A DNA stretch of 64,000 bases from a virus, in IMG/VR virus record IMGVR_UViG_3300021471_000007, positions 1-64,000 of that record; one strand, written 5' to 3'. The notes below the pieces were generated by a model. That model was not told the origin of the DNA, made no database searches, and worked only from the letters and a program-made list of their open reading frames with translations. Both the position numbers and the translations under genes were made by a program. Below, in pieces: positions 16,464-25,975 of this stretch; position 1 is the first letter of the stretch; each line of letters starts with the position of its first letter.

Positions 16464-17120
16464 ATGGGATATATAATAGGAATAGATGATGTAACGAGAT
16501 GCCCGGTCATAGGGAGTTTGATATGTGTGGGTGCTCTTATAGATGAATCTTTCATTCCATGTATGAAAAAGCTTGGAGTAAAGGATAGCAAAGTAATAAC
16601 ACATAAAAGAATACAAGAGCTTGCAAAAGAATTAAAACGATTGGGAGAATACCACTCTGTTAAGATTGATGCAAAAATGATAAGCAAATCTAAAACAGAC
16701 TTTAATATGAATGATATGGAATGTGCAGCATTTTGTTCAATAGCAGATACATTATTGGATTTACAACCAGATGCAAAGGTTCAAATAAATAATTTTGACA
16801 GAACACGCGAAAAATTTATACAAAGAGCAGAAAAACTTGGATTTAATTTTGATTGGAGCAAATGGATAATAGACCATGAAAACGAAACAAGAGATACTGT
16901 TGTTGGAGCAGCGAGCATAGTAGCAAAGGATTTATCATTAAAGGAATATGAAAAACTTAGAGAATTGTATGGTGATTTTGGCTCTGGTAACCCAAACGAT
17001 GAAAGGACGCTGACATTTTTAAGGGAAAAGTTAAGAAGTAATGAACACTGTCCTATAATAAGATATAATTGGAAAACAATTAAAAGATTAAAAGGCGAGA
17101 TAAACGAGGAAACAAATTGA
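16464..17120 (+). CDS. rnhB: Ribonuclease HII (divergent active site)
   Basis: IGIDD..R.PVIG, GVKDSK, AASIVAK, YGDFGSG.P.D..T, IR..WKT. Confidence 0.88.
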   Translation: MGYIIGIDDVTRCPVIGSLICVGALIDESFIPCMKKLGVKDSKVITHKRIQELAKELKRLGEYHSVKIDAKMISKSKTDFNMNDMECAAFCSIADTLLDLQPDAKVQINNFDRTREKFIQRAEKLGFNFDWSKWIIDHENETRDTVVGAASIVAKDLSLKEYEKLRELYGDFGSGNPNDERTLTFLREKLRSNEHCPIIRYNWKTIKRLKGEINEETN

Positions 17121-17337
17121 TAAAGTCAAGTTCAAACTTTTAGGAGAAGATGTTGTTGGTTATGTATCAGAAATCAAAATAGAGAACAGTATGGCACGGT
17201 TTACAATAGCGTTTCCGTCTTTTGATAAGAAACATAAACCAACTACAACAGATTTGATTATTAGGATACCGCTTACATCAAAACAACTGAAGATGCTTTT
17301 TGATTGGATGAATATACAAAATGAGGTGAATGATTAA
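17104..17337 (+). CDS. Hypothetical protein, possible ACG start
   Basis: Open frame (M)RKQIDKVKFKLLGEDVVGY... fills the gap between rnhB and 17337; first ATG is at codon 30. Confidence 0.5.
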   Translation, partial: TRKQIDKVKFKLLGEDVVGYVSEIKIENSMARFTIAFPSFDKKHKPTTTDLIIRIPLTSKQLKMLFDWMNIQNEVND

Positions 17338-17576
17338 TGTGGCCGTTTAAGACGAAAAAGGAAAAACACAAGGAGTATATACTAAGACTGTGGACAAATG
17401 CACCAACACTATTTTATATTGAGAAATATGATAATAAGGAACTTAGAGACAACCTATATTCAAATATAATTACTGACATTTTGGAAAACAAGAAAATATT
17501 AGTGTTATTAAATCATATAATAAAAACCGACACTGTAGTTGGTGTGGAAAGGTTTGATCGTGATGTGTATGAGTGA
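17337..17576 (+). CDS. Hypothetical protein
   Basis: GAGGTGA RBS. Confidence 0.7.
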   Translation: MWPFKTKKEKHKEYILRLWTNAPTLFYIEKYDNKELRDNLYSNIITDILENKKILVLLNHIIKTDTVVGVERFDRDVYE

Positions 17577-17886
17577 TGGCAACGAATTGTTTGTTTTGGA
17601 CTTCAAAACGTGGAAGAAATATTATGATAGTTTTGTCGAAGCTCAAATAAAACAAATGGATGCAATATTAGAAAATGGCAATATGACGGATAAAATGTCT
17701 GAACAGCTAAACAATTTACAAGAAAGTATATTATATAATAAAGAAGTCATAGAAAAGGCCAAAGCTGTCAAAGATGAAAGTATATTTTATATAGAAGATG
17801 GAATATTAGGTTATAGAACAGTTGGTAGGGAATTAAAAAAATTTTATGAAAAGAAAGAAACTGAAGCCAATATAGCATATGAATAA
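17569..17886 (+). CDS. Hypothetical protein
   Basis: Overlapping start/stop arrangement. Confidence 0.7.
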   Translation: MSDGNELFVLDFKTWKKYYDSFVEAQIKQMDAILENGNMTDKMSEQLNNLQESILYNKEVIEKAKAVKDESIFYIEDGILGYRTVGRELKKFYEKKETEANIAYE

Positions 17887-17898
17887 AGAGGTGATAAA

Positions 17899-18063
17899 AT
17901 GAATCTAAACGAATTGGCAAAAACAATAACCTTATCTGAAGGCGGAAAAATATCAATATCTATAGCACAGGTAAAAGAAGTTATGAAGATATTGTTCAGA
18001 GAATTGAACGAGTATTCAGATGAGGATATACTAAAAACAATACGCAGATACAGAGGTTATTAA
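17899..18063 (+). CDS. Small helical protein, HU-like N-terminal helices
   Basis: GAGGTGA RBS; MNLNELAKTIT...SIAQVKEVMKILF. Confidence 0.6.
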   Translation: MNLNELAKTITLSEGGKISISIAQVKEVMKILFRELNEYSDEDILKTIRRYRGY

Positions 18064-18064
18064 T

Positions 18065-18211
18065 ATGCCATTACCAAAACCGCGAGAAGGAGAAGAAGAA
18101 CAAAACTTTATAGCGAGGTGTATCAGATTCATAAAAGATGAGGATCCTGATATAAGCAATCAACAAGCAGTAGCTATGGCATACAGTCAGTGGAAACGTT
18201 TTAAGAAGTGA
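18065..18211 (+). CDS. Small phage protein (MPLPKP...FIxRC...A.A..W motif)
   Basis: MPLPKPREGEEEQNFIARCI...QAVAMAYSQW; motif recalled from ChaB-like/head-associated phage domains. Confidence 0.65.
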   Translation: MPLPKPREGEEEQNFIARCIRFIKDEDPDISNQQAVAMAYSQWKRFKK

Positions 18212-18328
18212 TGCTATGCAGGAAATAAAATTCAAATGTATGTGCGGCAGAACAATAAAAATAAAATTCTTAACTCCTGTAGTAATAGAACAAACGTCCG
18301 AATATGAATTAAGAGGTGAAGAATCCAA

Positions 18329-19621
18329 ATGAAAAAAGTAATAATAACAATGCCAATAAGAAATCGTGATTGGTGTATTAGCAATGTGTTGAATAGTATT
18401 AAGGATCAAACATATAATCTTAAGGATATCGGATTGTATTTTTTATTAAACGATTCTACGGACAACACAGAAAAAATATTAACAAAATTCAAAAATGATA
18501 ATGAACAGTTGTTTAGGGAGATAATAATAGAAACAAAAAATATGGGAGAGATGGAGCTCGATGATCATATATGGAATAAAACAAATTATAGTAGAATAAG
18601 TAAATTAAGAAACGAATGTCTAAAACAAATAAAGGATTACGATTATTTATTAATGTTGGACTCAGATACGTGTTTAAATCCAAATGTAATTAAGCATCTA
18701 GTAGAACTTGACAAAGATGTTATAACTGAAAACGGTTGGGCTACATGGAATACAGTATTTGGTGAAGTTTATCCATATGTTACAACAAAAAAAGATCCAC
18801 TGAATCCAGATTATTGGTTGCTGGATGATAGTATAGATATATTGAGAAAACCAGGTACTTATAAATTTACTCCAAACAGGCATATGCGAAGCGGTGGTTG
18901 TGTATTGATAAAAAGAAACGTAATAGAATCCGGTGTAGATTACACACCAGAATTTAAAAACCCAATTACATTATTACAATATCAAGATGAACTGACCGTA
19001 TTTAGTCATAATTTACAAAAACACGGATATGATCATTGGATAGATACACATTATGAATGTTATACATATGAACAATATGAACCAAAAAATCTTGTAACAA
19101 CCATATCACATGATTTATATACGAATGCGATAGACTTTTTGAAGAAAGCAGGAGTCAAAACAGTTATAGATGTTGGAACGGGAGTTGGATATGGCATGAA
19201 CATGCTATCAAAATATTTCAAAGTGCGTGGCATTGAAAAAGACCGAAATGTTTATAAACAGGCCATATTAAATTATCCAAAACTGAAAATAGATAATATT
19301 GATATGTTTCACTATAATAACGAAAAAGCAGATGCTGTTATATCATGTGAACTGATAGAGCATATTCCTTTTTTAAGGGATTATTTCAATAAGCTAAGGA
19401 GCATGACTAAAGAACATGGTTATGTTTTTATATCAACACCAAATTCAGAATTGTTTGAAAAACAACCAGCATATCATATACATAGATTTACAAAAAAAGT
19501 ATTTGAAAACATATGTAGTGAATATATTGTTGGAGATTGTTACTATTTGTATGAAAAAAACGAATATACAAATAACAAGACATTGAAAACAAATTTAATG
19601 TATTTCGGGAAATGGAGGTGA
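18329..19621 (+). CDS. GT-A (GT2-like) glycosyltransferase fused to a class I SAM methyltransferase
   Basis: ITMPIRN, NDSTD, RN, LDSD (DxD), GCVLIKR; then IDVGTGVG, ELIEH, ISTPN. Confidence 0.88.
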   Translation: MKKVIITMPIRNRDWCISNVLNSIKDQTYNLKDIGLYFLLNDSTDNTEKILTKFKNDNEQLFREIIIETKNMGEMELDDHIWNKTNYSRISKLRNECLKQIKDYDYLLMLDSDTCLNPNVIKHLVELDKDVITENGWATWNTVFGEVYPYVTTKKDPLNPDYWLLDDSIDILRKPGTYKFTPNRHMRSGGCVLIKRNVIESGVDYTPEFKNPITLLQYQDELTVFSHNLQKHGYDHWIDTHYECYTYEQYEPKNLVTTISHDLYTNAIDFLKKAGVKTVIDVGTGVGYGMNMLSKYFKVRGIEKDRNVYKQAILNYPKLKIDNIDMFHYNNEKADAVISCELIEHIPFLRDYFNKLRSMTKEHGYVFISTPNSELFEKQPAYHIHRFTKKVFENICSEYIVGDCYYLYEKNEYTNNKTLKTNLMYFGKWR

Positions 19622-19801
19622 AATTATGGCAAAATCGCCAGGGTATTTGTTTAATGAGAAAACGCTATGTAATTTTTGTAACGAGGGACCAATGGCAGAC
19701 CATAGTATGTGCATTATAGCATACCAAATAAAAGAATTAAGGGAAGCAGTTCAAAAGCTAACAATAGTTTTGGCAAGTAAACAAAACAATTGAGGAACTA
19801 C

Positions 19802-19821
19802 GAAGCGATAGCTTTATATAC
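19802..19821 (+). promoter_or_regulatory. BRE-TATA promoter
   Basis: GAAGCGATAGCTTTATATAC, identical to 13745-13764. Confidence 0.8.
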
Positions 19822-19853
19822 TAACAAAATAATATGTAATAGAGGTGAAATAA

Positions 19854-19979
19854 ATGTTTGAATGTGAATGTTTGAAATGTGGATACAGGATGAGTTCTGA
19901 ACAGCACTGTATGAGTATTAAATGTCCAAAGTGCGGCGGAGAAATGAGAAGAGTAGATAGACCAGGGATTGGCAGATAA
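19854..19979 (+). CDS. 41-aa Cys-rich Zn-ribbon protein
   Basis: GAGGTGA RBS; MFECECLKCG...HC...CPKCGGEMRR..RPG. Confidence 0.75.
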   Translation: MFECECLKCGYRMSSEQHCMSIKCPKCGGEMRRVDRPGIGR

Positions 19980-20184
19980 AACAATAATTAAGCTGGGCTA
20001 TTAATACCTTTTTAATTTTATATATGAGGTGATAAGACGTTTTACATTAAAACTGAAAAAAGGGTTGGATTTTTCACACTTTCAAAAACGTGGAAAGTAG
20101 AAACAGATGACAAAACAGAAGCTATTTTGTTAATAAAGGAGAAAGACGATGGAAGAATCACAGAGGTAAACAGAGAGTGATATC

Positions 20185-20619
20185 ATGAAACCAAAACCAT
20201 TAGATTTAGAAGATTTAGCAAAAATAGAACATGAGCAGTGGATAGAATGGAGCAAAGATATAGCAAAAAACGAACCTATATCAAAAGAACGAATTGAAAG
20301 GTGGAAGCAGTTTTGGATACCTTATGAAAAACTTCCAGAAAAAGTAAAAGAAGATGACAGGAAATATGCACGAAGAGTTATGGAACGCATCAAAAAAGTG
20401 TGTGAATTTTGGTTGAAATATGCTGATAGTCCAGAAAGACTACTAAAAGAAAGAGAGGATTTGATAAACAATTCAGAAGCAAGAAAAATAATATCTACTG
20501 CAATAAAAAGTAGAATAGGATTAAAAATAGATAAAAGTTTTGTGGTTAAATCAGTAAGAAATTACAACACTTGGCTATTAAAATTGGCATTTATGAACAA
20601 TGGAGGTGAAACTTTTTGA
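20185..20619 (+). CDS. RyR-domain-like protein
   Basis: LAKIEHEQW...IPYEKLPEKVKEDDR. Confidence 0.65.
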   Translation: MKPKPLDLEDLAKIEHEQWIEWSKDIAKNEPISKERIERWKQFWIPYEKLPEKVKEDDRKYARRVMERIKKVCEFWLKYADSPERLLKEREDLINNSEARKIISTAIKSRIGLKIDKSFVVKSVRNYNTWLLKLAFMNNGGETF

Positions 20620-20802
20620 CCAATTTTAAAGAAATAATAATAGATTTCAATGATAAAATAGCTAAGGATTTTGAGGTAAGATATAAAGGAAAGAAAATAC
20701 TGGCACGTCGAGTATGTGTTTTAGTAGATTTGGATAAAATAGAATTTGTGAAAGATGAGGATCGGGACCTACAAGAGGCATGAATTAAATACAGGTGATA
20801 AT

Positions 20803-20979
20803 ATGAGAAAAATATTTTGTGATATATGTGGAAAAGAAATAGAAAAACCAGACATTACAATTAATTTAGATTTGATAAATTGGGAAGAAGATACAGAAGA
20901 AATTATTTCACAATTCGATGTGTGCGAAAACTGTACGAGAGAAGCTATTGAAAAACTAAAGAAGTTTAACTTGAAGTGA
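20803..20979 (+). CDS. Small Zn-finger protein
   Basis: AGGTGA RBS; CDICG...DVCENC. Confidence 0.7.
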   Translation: MRKIFCDICGKEIEKPDITINLDLINWEEDTEEIISQFDVCENCTREAIEKLKKFNLK

Positions 20980-21004
20980 TTAATGCAATTTGTTTTAAAA
21001 AATC

Positions 21005-21078
21005 ATACTCCGCTATGAAGAGGAGCTGCCTGTCCCTCGGTGTAAAGGGGAACTGGAGCGGAGCCCCAACAGGCACAA
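21005..21078 (+). ncRNA. Candidate pseudoknotted RNA
   Basis: Crossing helices CTCCGCT/AGCGGAG and TGCCTGT/ACAGGCA plus a CCCT/AGGG hairpin in a GC-rich intergenic island. Confidence 0.45.
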
Positions 21079-21097
21079 ATTAAAATGAGTCGATTAA

Positions 21098-21274
21098 ATG
21101 AATAAAAAAGAAGTAAAAGAGTTTATAGAAAACAAATTAAAAGTAAAAGATGAGGTTTGGTTTAGTGAATTGGTGGATAAGTTTTGTAAATCAAAAGTGT
21201 TTGAATTTTTTAATGATATGGGAAAACTAAAACAAATTGTAAATCAGCTTCAAAAAGAAAAGGTGATTATATGA
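21098..21274 (+). CDS. Small wHTH-like protein
   Basis: 58-aa ORF ...VWFSELVDKF...KQIVNQLQKEKVI. Confidence 0.5.
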   Translation: MNKKEVKEFIENKLKVKDEVWFSELVDKFCKSKVFEFFNDMGKLKQIVNQLQKEKVII

Positions 21275-21388
21275 CTATGGAAGCAGACATAAAAGATGAT
21301 TTGTATTGTTCAAGGTGTATGCACCATATAGGCTACAGGAACTGGAATGGATACGAATACACCTGTCCAAATTGCGGTGGTGTTTTAG

Positions 21389-21580
21389 ATGGAGAGGAAT
21401 ATTTACAAGATTAAAATAAAGCGAAATTCTACAAAACATAAGACAGACAATGGTGTAGAATTTGAAGTAACAAACTATCATGTTGTAACAATTGATGATG
21501 GTTATATTAAAATGTCGAAGCGTATAGATAATAAAAACGAACTAATGAAGTTTTTAAGAGATAATATATTGTTGATGTGA
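21389..21580 (+). CDS. Hypothetical protein
   Basis: ORF track; GGTGGTG RBS. Confidence 0.6.
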   Translation: MERNIYKIKIKRNSTKHKTDNGVEFEVTNYHVVTIDDGYIKMSKRIDNKNELMKFLRDNILLM

Positions 21581-21982
21581 TCAAATGACTGTAGAACCAA
21601 TAGCAATAGTAATCATAGGTTGTATGATAATAGCTCTAACGTTTATAATAGCACTAATATATGGAGAGTGCTGCTGAGGTGGTTGTGTGGTAGTAGAATT
21701 AAAAGCAGAAAACATATCGAAAATTATAGTTACATTGCCTGTATCTATAGTGATTGGAAATGAACGAATAACTGGTTTCCTTAATGGAACACTTGATGCA
21801 GATGATGTGACAACTGTTATTACAAACAAAAAAGAAAAAGTAAAAATTGAGGAATGATTGAATGCAATGTCCATACTGTCATAATGAAATATCCGATGGA
21901 CTCACGGTTTGCCCATTTTGCAACAGAGACATCAATGAAAATGCGATTGCAGCTGTTAATATGATGGGATTTTTAAAAATGT

Positions 21983-22210
21983 TTGGATGATATTATGAAA
22001 TGGAAAAAAAGACGAAGTAGTCTTATAGTGACAAAAATGACATGCCCTAAATGTGGACATAAAAAGGCATGGTTAAAAGGAAACAAGCTTATATGCACCG
22101 CATGTAAATATGAATATGAGTTGAAAGAAGATGATAACATACAACGATCTGAAACTATTACAGAAAATGAAAGGCAAGACAAAAACACGAATACAGATAA
22201 AGACAATTGA
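21983..22210 (+). CDS. Zn-ribbon protein
   Basis: CPKCG...CTAC. Confidence 0.65.
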   Translation: MDDIMKWKKRRSSLIVTKMTCPKCGHKKAWLKGNKLICTACKYEYELKEDDNIQRSETITENERQDKNTNTDKDN

Positions 22211-22460
22211 TGGGAATGTATATCGTGGAAGATGGAACTTTAATAAAGAAAAGATTTGGGTTTATGATCATTATTCGGGTACAGAAAAAACACCGGGTAA
22301 GCTCAAATTTAAAATAGAATTTGAATTGCCAACAAATGACATTGTTGAAATAGATTATATTAAAAAACGCATAGTATGTCCACGGTGTTATTATATAAAT
22401 GAATATAAGACAAAAAGACCAAAATATTGTAAGAATTGTGGATATGTACTGGTTGTTTAA
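22131..22460 (+). CDS. Hypothetical protein with C-terminal Zn ribbon
   Basis: CPRC...CKNCG. Confidence 0.65.
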   Translation: MITYNDLKLLQKMKGKTKTRIQIKTIDGNVYRGRWNFNKEKIWVYDHYSGTEKTPGKLKFKIEFELPTNDIVEIDYIKKRIVCPRCYYINEYKTKRPKYCKNCGYVLVV

Positions 22461-22484
22461 TAATAAAATAAAAGAGGTGAGAAA

Positions 22485-22793
22485 ATGAAAGGTATTGCAA
22501 GAAACTTTAGTCCAAATAACAAAGGCATTAAAATTGAAGTAGATGGAAAAGAAGAGTGGTTTACAGTAAAAGATACAGTATACGAAAACTTTGTGCAGGG
22601 CAAAATAAACAAAGGAGACACCATATTGTTCTCTCTTGTTGATGATAAAGTCTCTTATATAAAGACTCTTAAAGCAGGTGAAAGTACAGACAGTAAAGAA
22701 GAACCAAAAGCTCAAAGTGGCAATGAATTAATGGAAGCGATTGACAAATTAGATAAAAAAATAGACACTATAATAAACATGCTGGGGGCATAA
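22485..22793 (+). CDS. OB-fold-like protein (possible ssDNA-binding) with coiled tail
   Basis: GIKIEVDGKEEWF...INKGDTI; located in the replication cluster. Confidence 0.5.
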   Translation: MKGIARNFSPNNKGIKIEVDGKEEWFTVKDTVYENFVQGKINKGDTILFSLVDDKVSYIKTLKAGESTDSKEEPKAQSGNELMEAIDKLDKKIDTIINMLGA

Positions 22794-22795
22794 AT

Positions 22796-23104
22796 ATGTC
22801 CTCACGCTCTACTTGGAAAAGACATGAAAGAATTACAGCTAAATTATTCAATACTGAAAGGAATCCACTATCAGGATCCGCTGGTAAACATACATCTAGT
22901 GATACACTACATCCTGATTTTTATATAGAATGTAAATATAAAAGTTCAGGGTTTACTTTAATAAAAAATTACTTTATGGATGTTGTTGAAAAAGCAAAAA
23001 AAGAAAATAAAATACCAATATTGTCTTTGAAAGAGGGTAAAAAGAAGGGGTTTTATTTAGTTATACGAGCACAAGATTTAAAAAAAATATGTAAACATGT
23101 GTGA
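22796..23104 (+). CDS. Holliday junction resolvase-like PD-(D/E)xK nuclease
   Basis: WKRHER, PLSGS, SD, YIECK, KIP. Confidence 0.8.
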   Translation: MSSRSTWKRHERITAKLFNTERNPLSGSAGKHTSSDTLHPDFYIECKYKSSGFTLIKNYFMDVVEKAKKENKIPILSLKEGKKKGFYLVIRAQDLKKICKHV

Positions 23105-23261
23105 TGACAATGGAAGAATCATTTAGTAGTTATGAAAAGAAATGTAAATATCATAAGCAGTCCGCAAAAACTAAGAAATGTTATTGTTCATATAATGAGA
23201 AATCATATACGTGTAACAAATCAAATTGTCCGTTTTATAATGGTAGGCGAAGGAGATAATT

Positions 23262-24983
23262 ATGGATGAAAGGGAATTTAAATTATTGGCTGAAATGTCA
23301 GACGAAGAAGAAAAGGCAGCATTACAATTGATAAACGATTTAGGTACAGCTACGAAAGAACAAATTGCAAAGTATGTGTCTCCTGCACACTTCTCTGATT
23401 TTTTAATAAAATACAAGGATTTGATAGGAAACATAAGGGGCGATGAATGGTTTTTGAATGCGGATGGAAAAAACTTTGTGTCTTATATAAATAATATCGA
23501 TAACGAGGTATTGAGAGACTATTCTGAATATGATGACGAAGCTGAAAAACATTTGGAAGACGATCCGCTTGTGTTCTTTTTACAAGTAATGAACAAAATG
23601 TTTAAGGGAAGCGATAAACAAAAGATATTACAATTTGCATCAGCACTGTCTGCTCCACTTGGGACTAGACCATTAAACGATTGGGGAGTAGGAAGATCTG
23701 GTGTAGGAAAATCAGCAATAAAAAGAAGAACATTAACTTGCATACCAAATAACATGTGGATAAAGTTTAATTCGATGTCTGACAAAAGAATCTTTTATAC
23801 TGTATTAAAAAACGGTTCTGATTATTATAAAGGCAAGACGCTGTTCTTTGATGAGGTTGACATTGGAACAGAACAACTTACATTATTAAGAGCATTGACA
23901 GATCCAGACATGAGTGAAAAATATATTGTACACCAAACCCTTGATATGCAAAGCAAAGAAAAAATATTGGATCTAAAGATAGAAAAACCAATAACAGTGT
24001 GGTTTACAAGTGTAGAAGCTGTTAAAGATGATCAATTAAAGAACAGGTTCTTATTATCAAATCCGCAGGAAGATGAAAGTATAGACAGGATGGTTTTTGA
24101 ACATCAAATGTATTATGAACAGAGAGGAATTGATCCAGATAAGGTAAATGCTCCTGAAGCAGATATTGTTAGGAGAATGGTAATTAAGATTGTTGAAAAT
24201 ACAAAGAATTTATTAACTCTGCATCCTTATGATGTTGAATGGGTAAAAATAACAAATCGTAGATTACTCCCATTCTTTATGACGTTGGTTGGTATAATTA
24301 CTAGGATATATTATAAAAAAAGGAAGATATTAAAAAACAAATACATAGTATCGACAATTGACGATTTAAAAATAGCGGCTGCAATATGGGAGGAAATTGC
24401 AGGAACAACAGTATACCAAGTCAGCGAAGCAGCACTAAAACTACTTCCACATATTCCAGATGAGCCTGAAAATGCAATAACAAGATCAGAATTAATGAGC
24501 AAATTAAAAGGACTCGGAAGATATGCAATAAGATACAGAACTGACAACCTCGCTGATGCTGGTTTGATCAATTCAAAAAAGATAAAAAACACGTGGGTAT
24601 ATTGGAAGACAGATGAAGGAAAAGCTATCAATAGTGACAATTCATTGAAACATAGTGTTAATGAAGAGAATGTGAAAGCAATAATAGGTAATCTTTCAGA
24701 TGAGCCAATAGACAAAATGATAGAATACATAAAAAGAAGCAATACTAAGCTGTTAGATTTGTTATCCAAGCCCTTAGAAGAGAGATACGACCATAATCAT
24801 AGAATTAACATGAGTGCTATAGATAAAATTGTAAATGATGTACGTATAAAGACAGTTGATGAATATTCATCTTATTGTGATGGCCATCATGGATATGGGA
24901 TAATAAAATATGAAGTAACAGATAAAAATGGTAATATAATGAGATATTGTAGAAAATGTGGTGAGAAATTTGAAAACGCATAA
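23262..24983 (+). CDS. AAA+ ATPase/helicase (MCM-clade-like) with wHTH domains
   Basis: Walker A GRSGVGKS, Walker B LFFDE, Arg finger QLKNRF, C-terminal wHTH. Confidence 0.8.
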   Translation: MDEREFKLLAEMSDEEEKAALQLINDLGTATKEQIAKYVSPAHFSDFLIKYKDLIGNIRGDEWFLNADGKNFVSYINNIDNEVLRDYSEYDDEAEKHLEDDPLVFFLQVMNKMFKGSDKQKILQFASALSAPLGTRPLNDWGVGRSGVGKSAIKRRTLTCIPNNMWIKFNSMSDKRIFYTVLKNGSDYYKGKTLFFDEVDIGTEQLTLLRALTDPDMSEKYIVHQTLDMQSKEKILDLKIEKPITVWFTSVEAVKDDQLKNRFLLSNPQEDESIDRMVFEHQMYYEQRGIDPDKVNAPEADIVRRMVIKIVENTKNLLTLHPYDVEWVKITNRRLLPFFMTLVGIITRIYYKKRKILKNKYIVSTIDDLKIAAAIWEEIAGTTVYQVSEAALKLLPHIPDEPENAITRSELMSKLKGLGRYAIRYRTDNLADAGLINSKKIKNTWVYWKTDEGKAINSDNSLKHSVNEENVKAIIGNLSDEPIDKMIEYIKRSNTKLLDLLSKPLEERYDHNHRINMSAIDKIVNDVRIKTVDEYSSYCDGHHGYGIIKYEVTDKNGNIMRYCRKCGEKFENA

Positions 24984-25761
24984 AATATATATTGGAGATT
25001 CAAGAAAAGTATTAACAAAGTTTGATTCAAACAGTATCAACTTTGTTGTAACATCACCACCATATTTTGTTGGTAAGCAATATGGTGAATCATATGAAGA
25101 TGCAGGAGAATATATAGATTATATTAAAATGTTAACTGTCGTGTTCAAAGAGTGCTATCGCGTATTAACTGAACATTCGTTTATATGTGTTAACATTGGT
25201 AGAAATACCGGAGTGAACACGGTTGCACACATATCACATATATTGGAAAACATAGGCTTTAAATATGTGCATAATATACAATGGAAAAAACCTTATGGAG
25301 CAGGTATTGTAACATTCTTCCACAAATATCCATATGCGAGATATTATATGCCTGTTCTTGTAACCGAAGACATATTAGTATATTCAAAGGGTGAAATTAA
25401 TGGATACAGGGGAGAAAGAAAAACAATAGTACCAGACGACATTGTAAATAAATATGATACAAACGTTTGGGAAATAAATCCAAAAACCAATTCAAAACAT
25501 CCAGCACCATTTCCTTTGCAGCTTCCGTTAAATTGTATTTATTTATATACCAATAAGGATGATATTGTACTAGATCCATTTCTGGGAAGTGGTACAACAA
25601 TTAAAGCCGCATCAATAGCAGGGAGGAACTCGATTGGAATAGAAATAAACAAAGATTACATTCCAATGATAAAGAGCTATATTGGATACGGCCAACAAAA
25701 AATTGGAGAACAAGTAAAATATGAAATAATAGAGGGTGATATAGATGGAGAGAGAGCGTGA
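24958..25761 (+). CDS. Beta-class amino-DNA methyltransferase (SPPY, probably N4-cytosine)
   Basis: TSPPY, HPAPFP, VLDPFLGSGTT, GIEIN. Confidence 0.92.
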   Translation: MVRNLKTHKIYIGDSRKVLTKFDSNSINFVVTSPPYFVGKQYGESYEDAGEYIDYIKMLTVVFKECYRVLTEHSFICVNIGRNTGVNTVAHISHILENIGFKYVHNIQWKKPYGAGIVTFFHKYPYARYYMPVLVTEDILVYSKGEINGYRGERKTIVPDDIVNKYDTNVWEINPKTNSKHPAPFPLQLPLNCIYLYTNKDDIVLDPFLGSGTTIKAASIAGRNSIGIEINKDYIPMIKSYIGYGQQKIGEQVKYEIIEGDIDGERA

Positions 25762-25975
25762 TGAAGAGATTCTCAATTTCATAAAAAAGAAAGGAAAAAC
25801 ATGTGTGAGAGAAATATCTGATGCACTAAACATACCAACAACGATAGTATCTATTAGATTAAGATCATTAAACAAATGGGGCAATGTTGGATTTGAAACC
25901 AACCCAGATCCACATAAAGGAGATATAATGTCGCGTGCATACAAATGGTGGTATATTAAAGAGGTGAATAAATGA
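25745..25975 (+). CDS. Winged-HTH protein
   Basis: CVREISDALNIPTTIVSIRLRSLNKWG. Confidence 0.8.
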   Translation: MERERDEEILNFIKKKGKTCVREISDALNIPTTIVSIRLRSLNKWGNVGFETNPDPHKGDIMSRAYKWWYIKEVNK

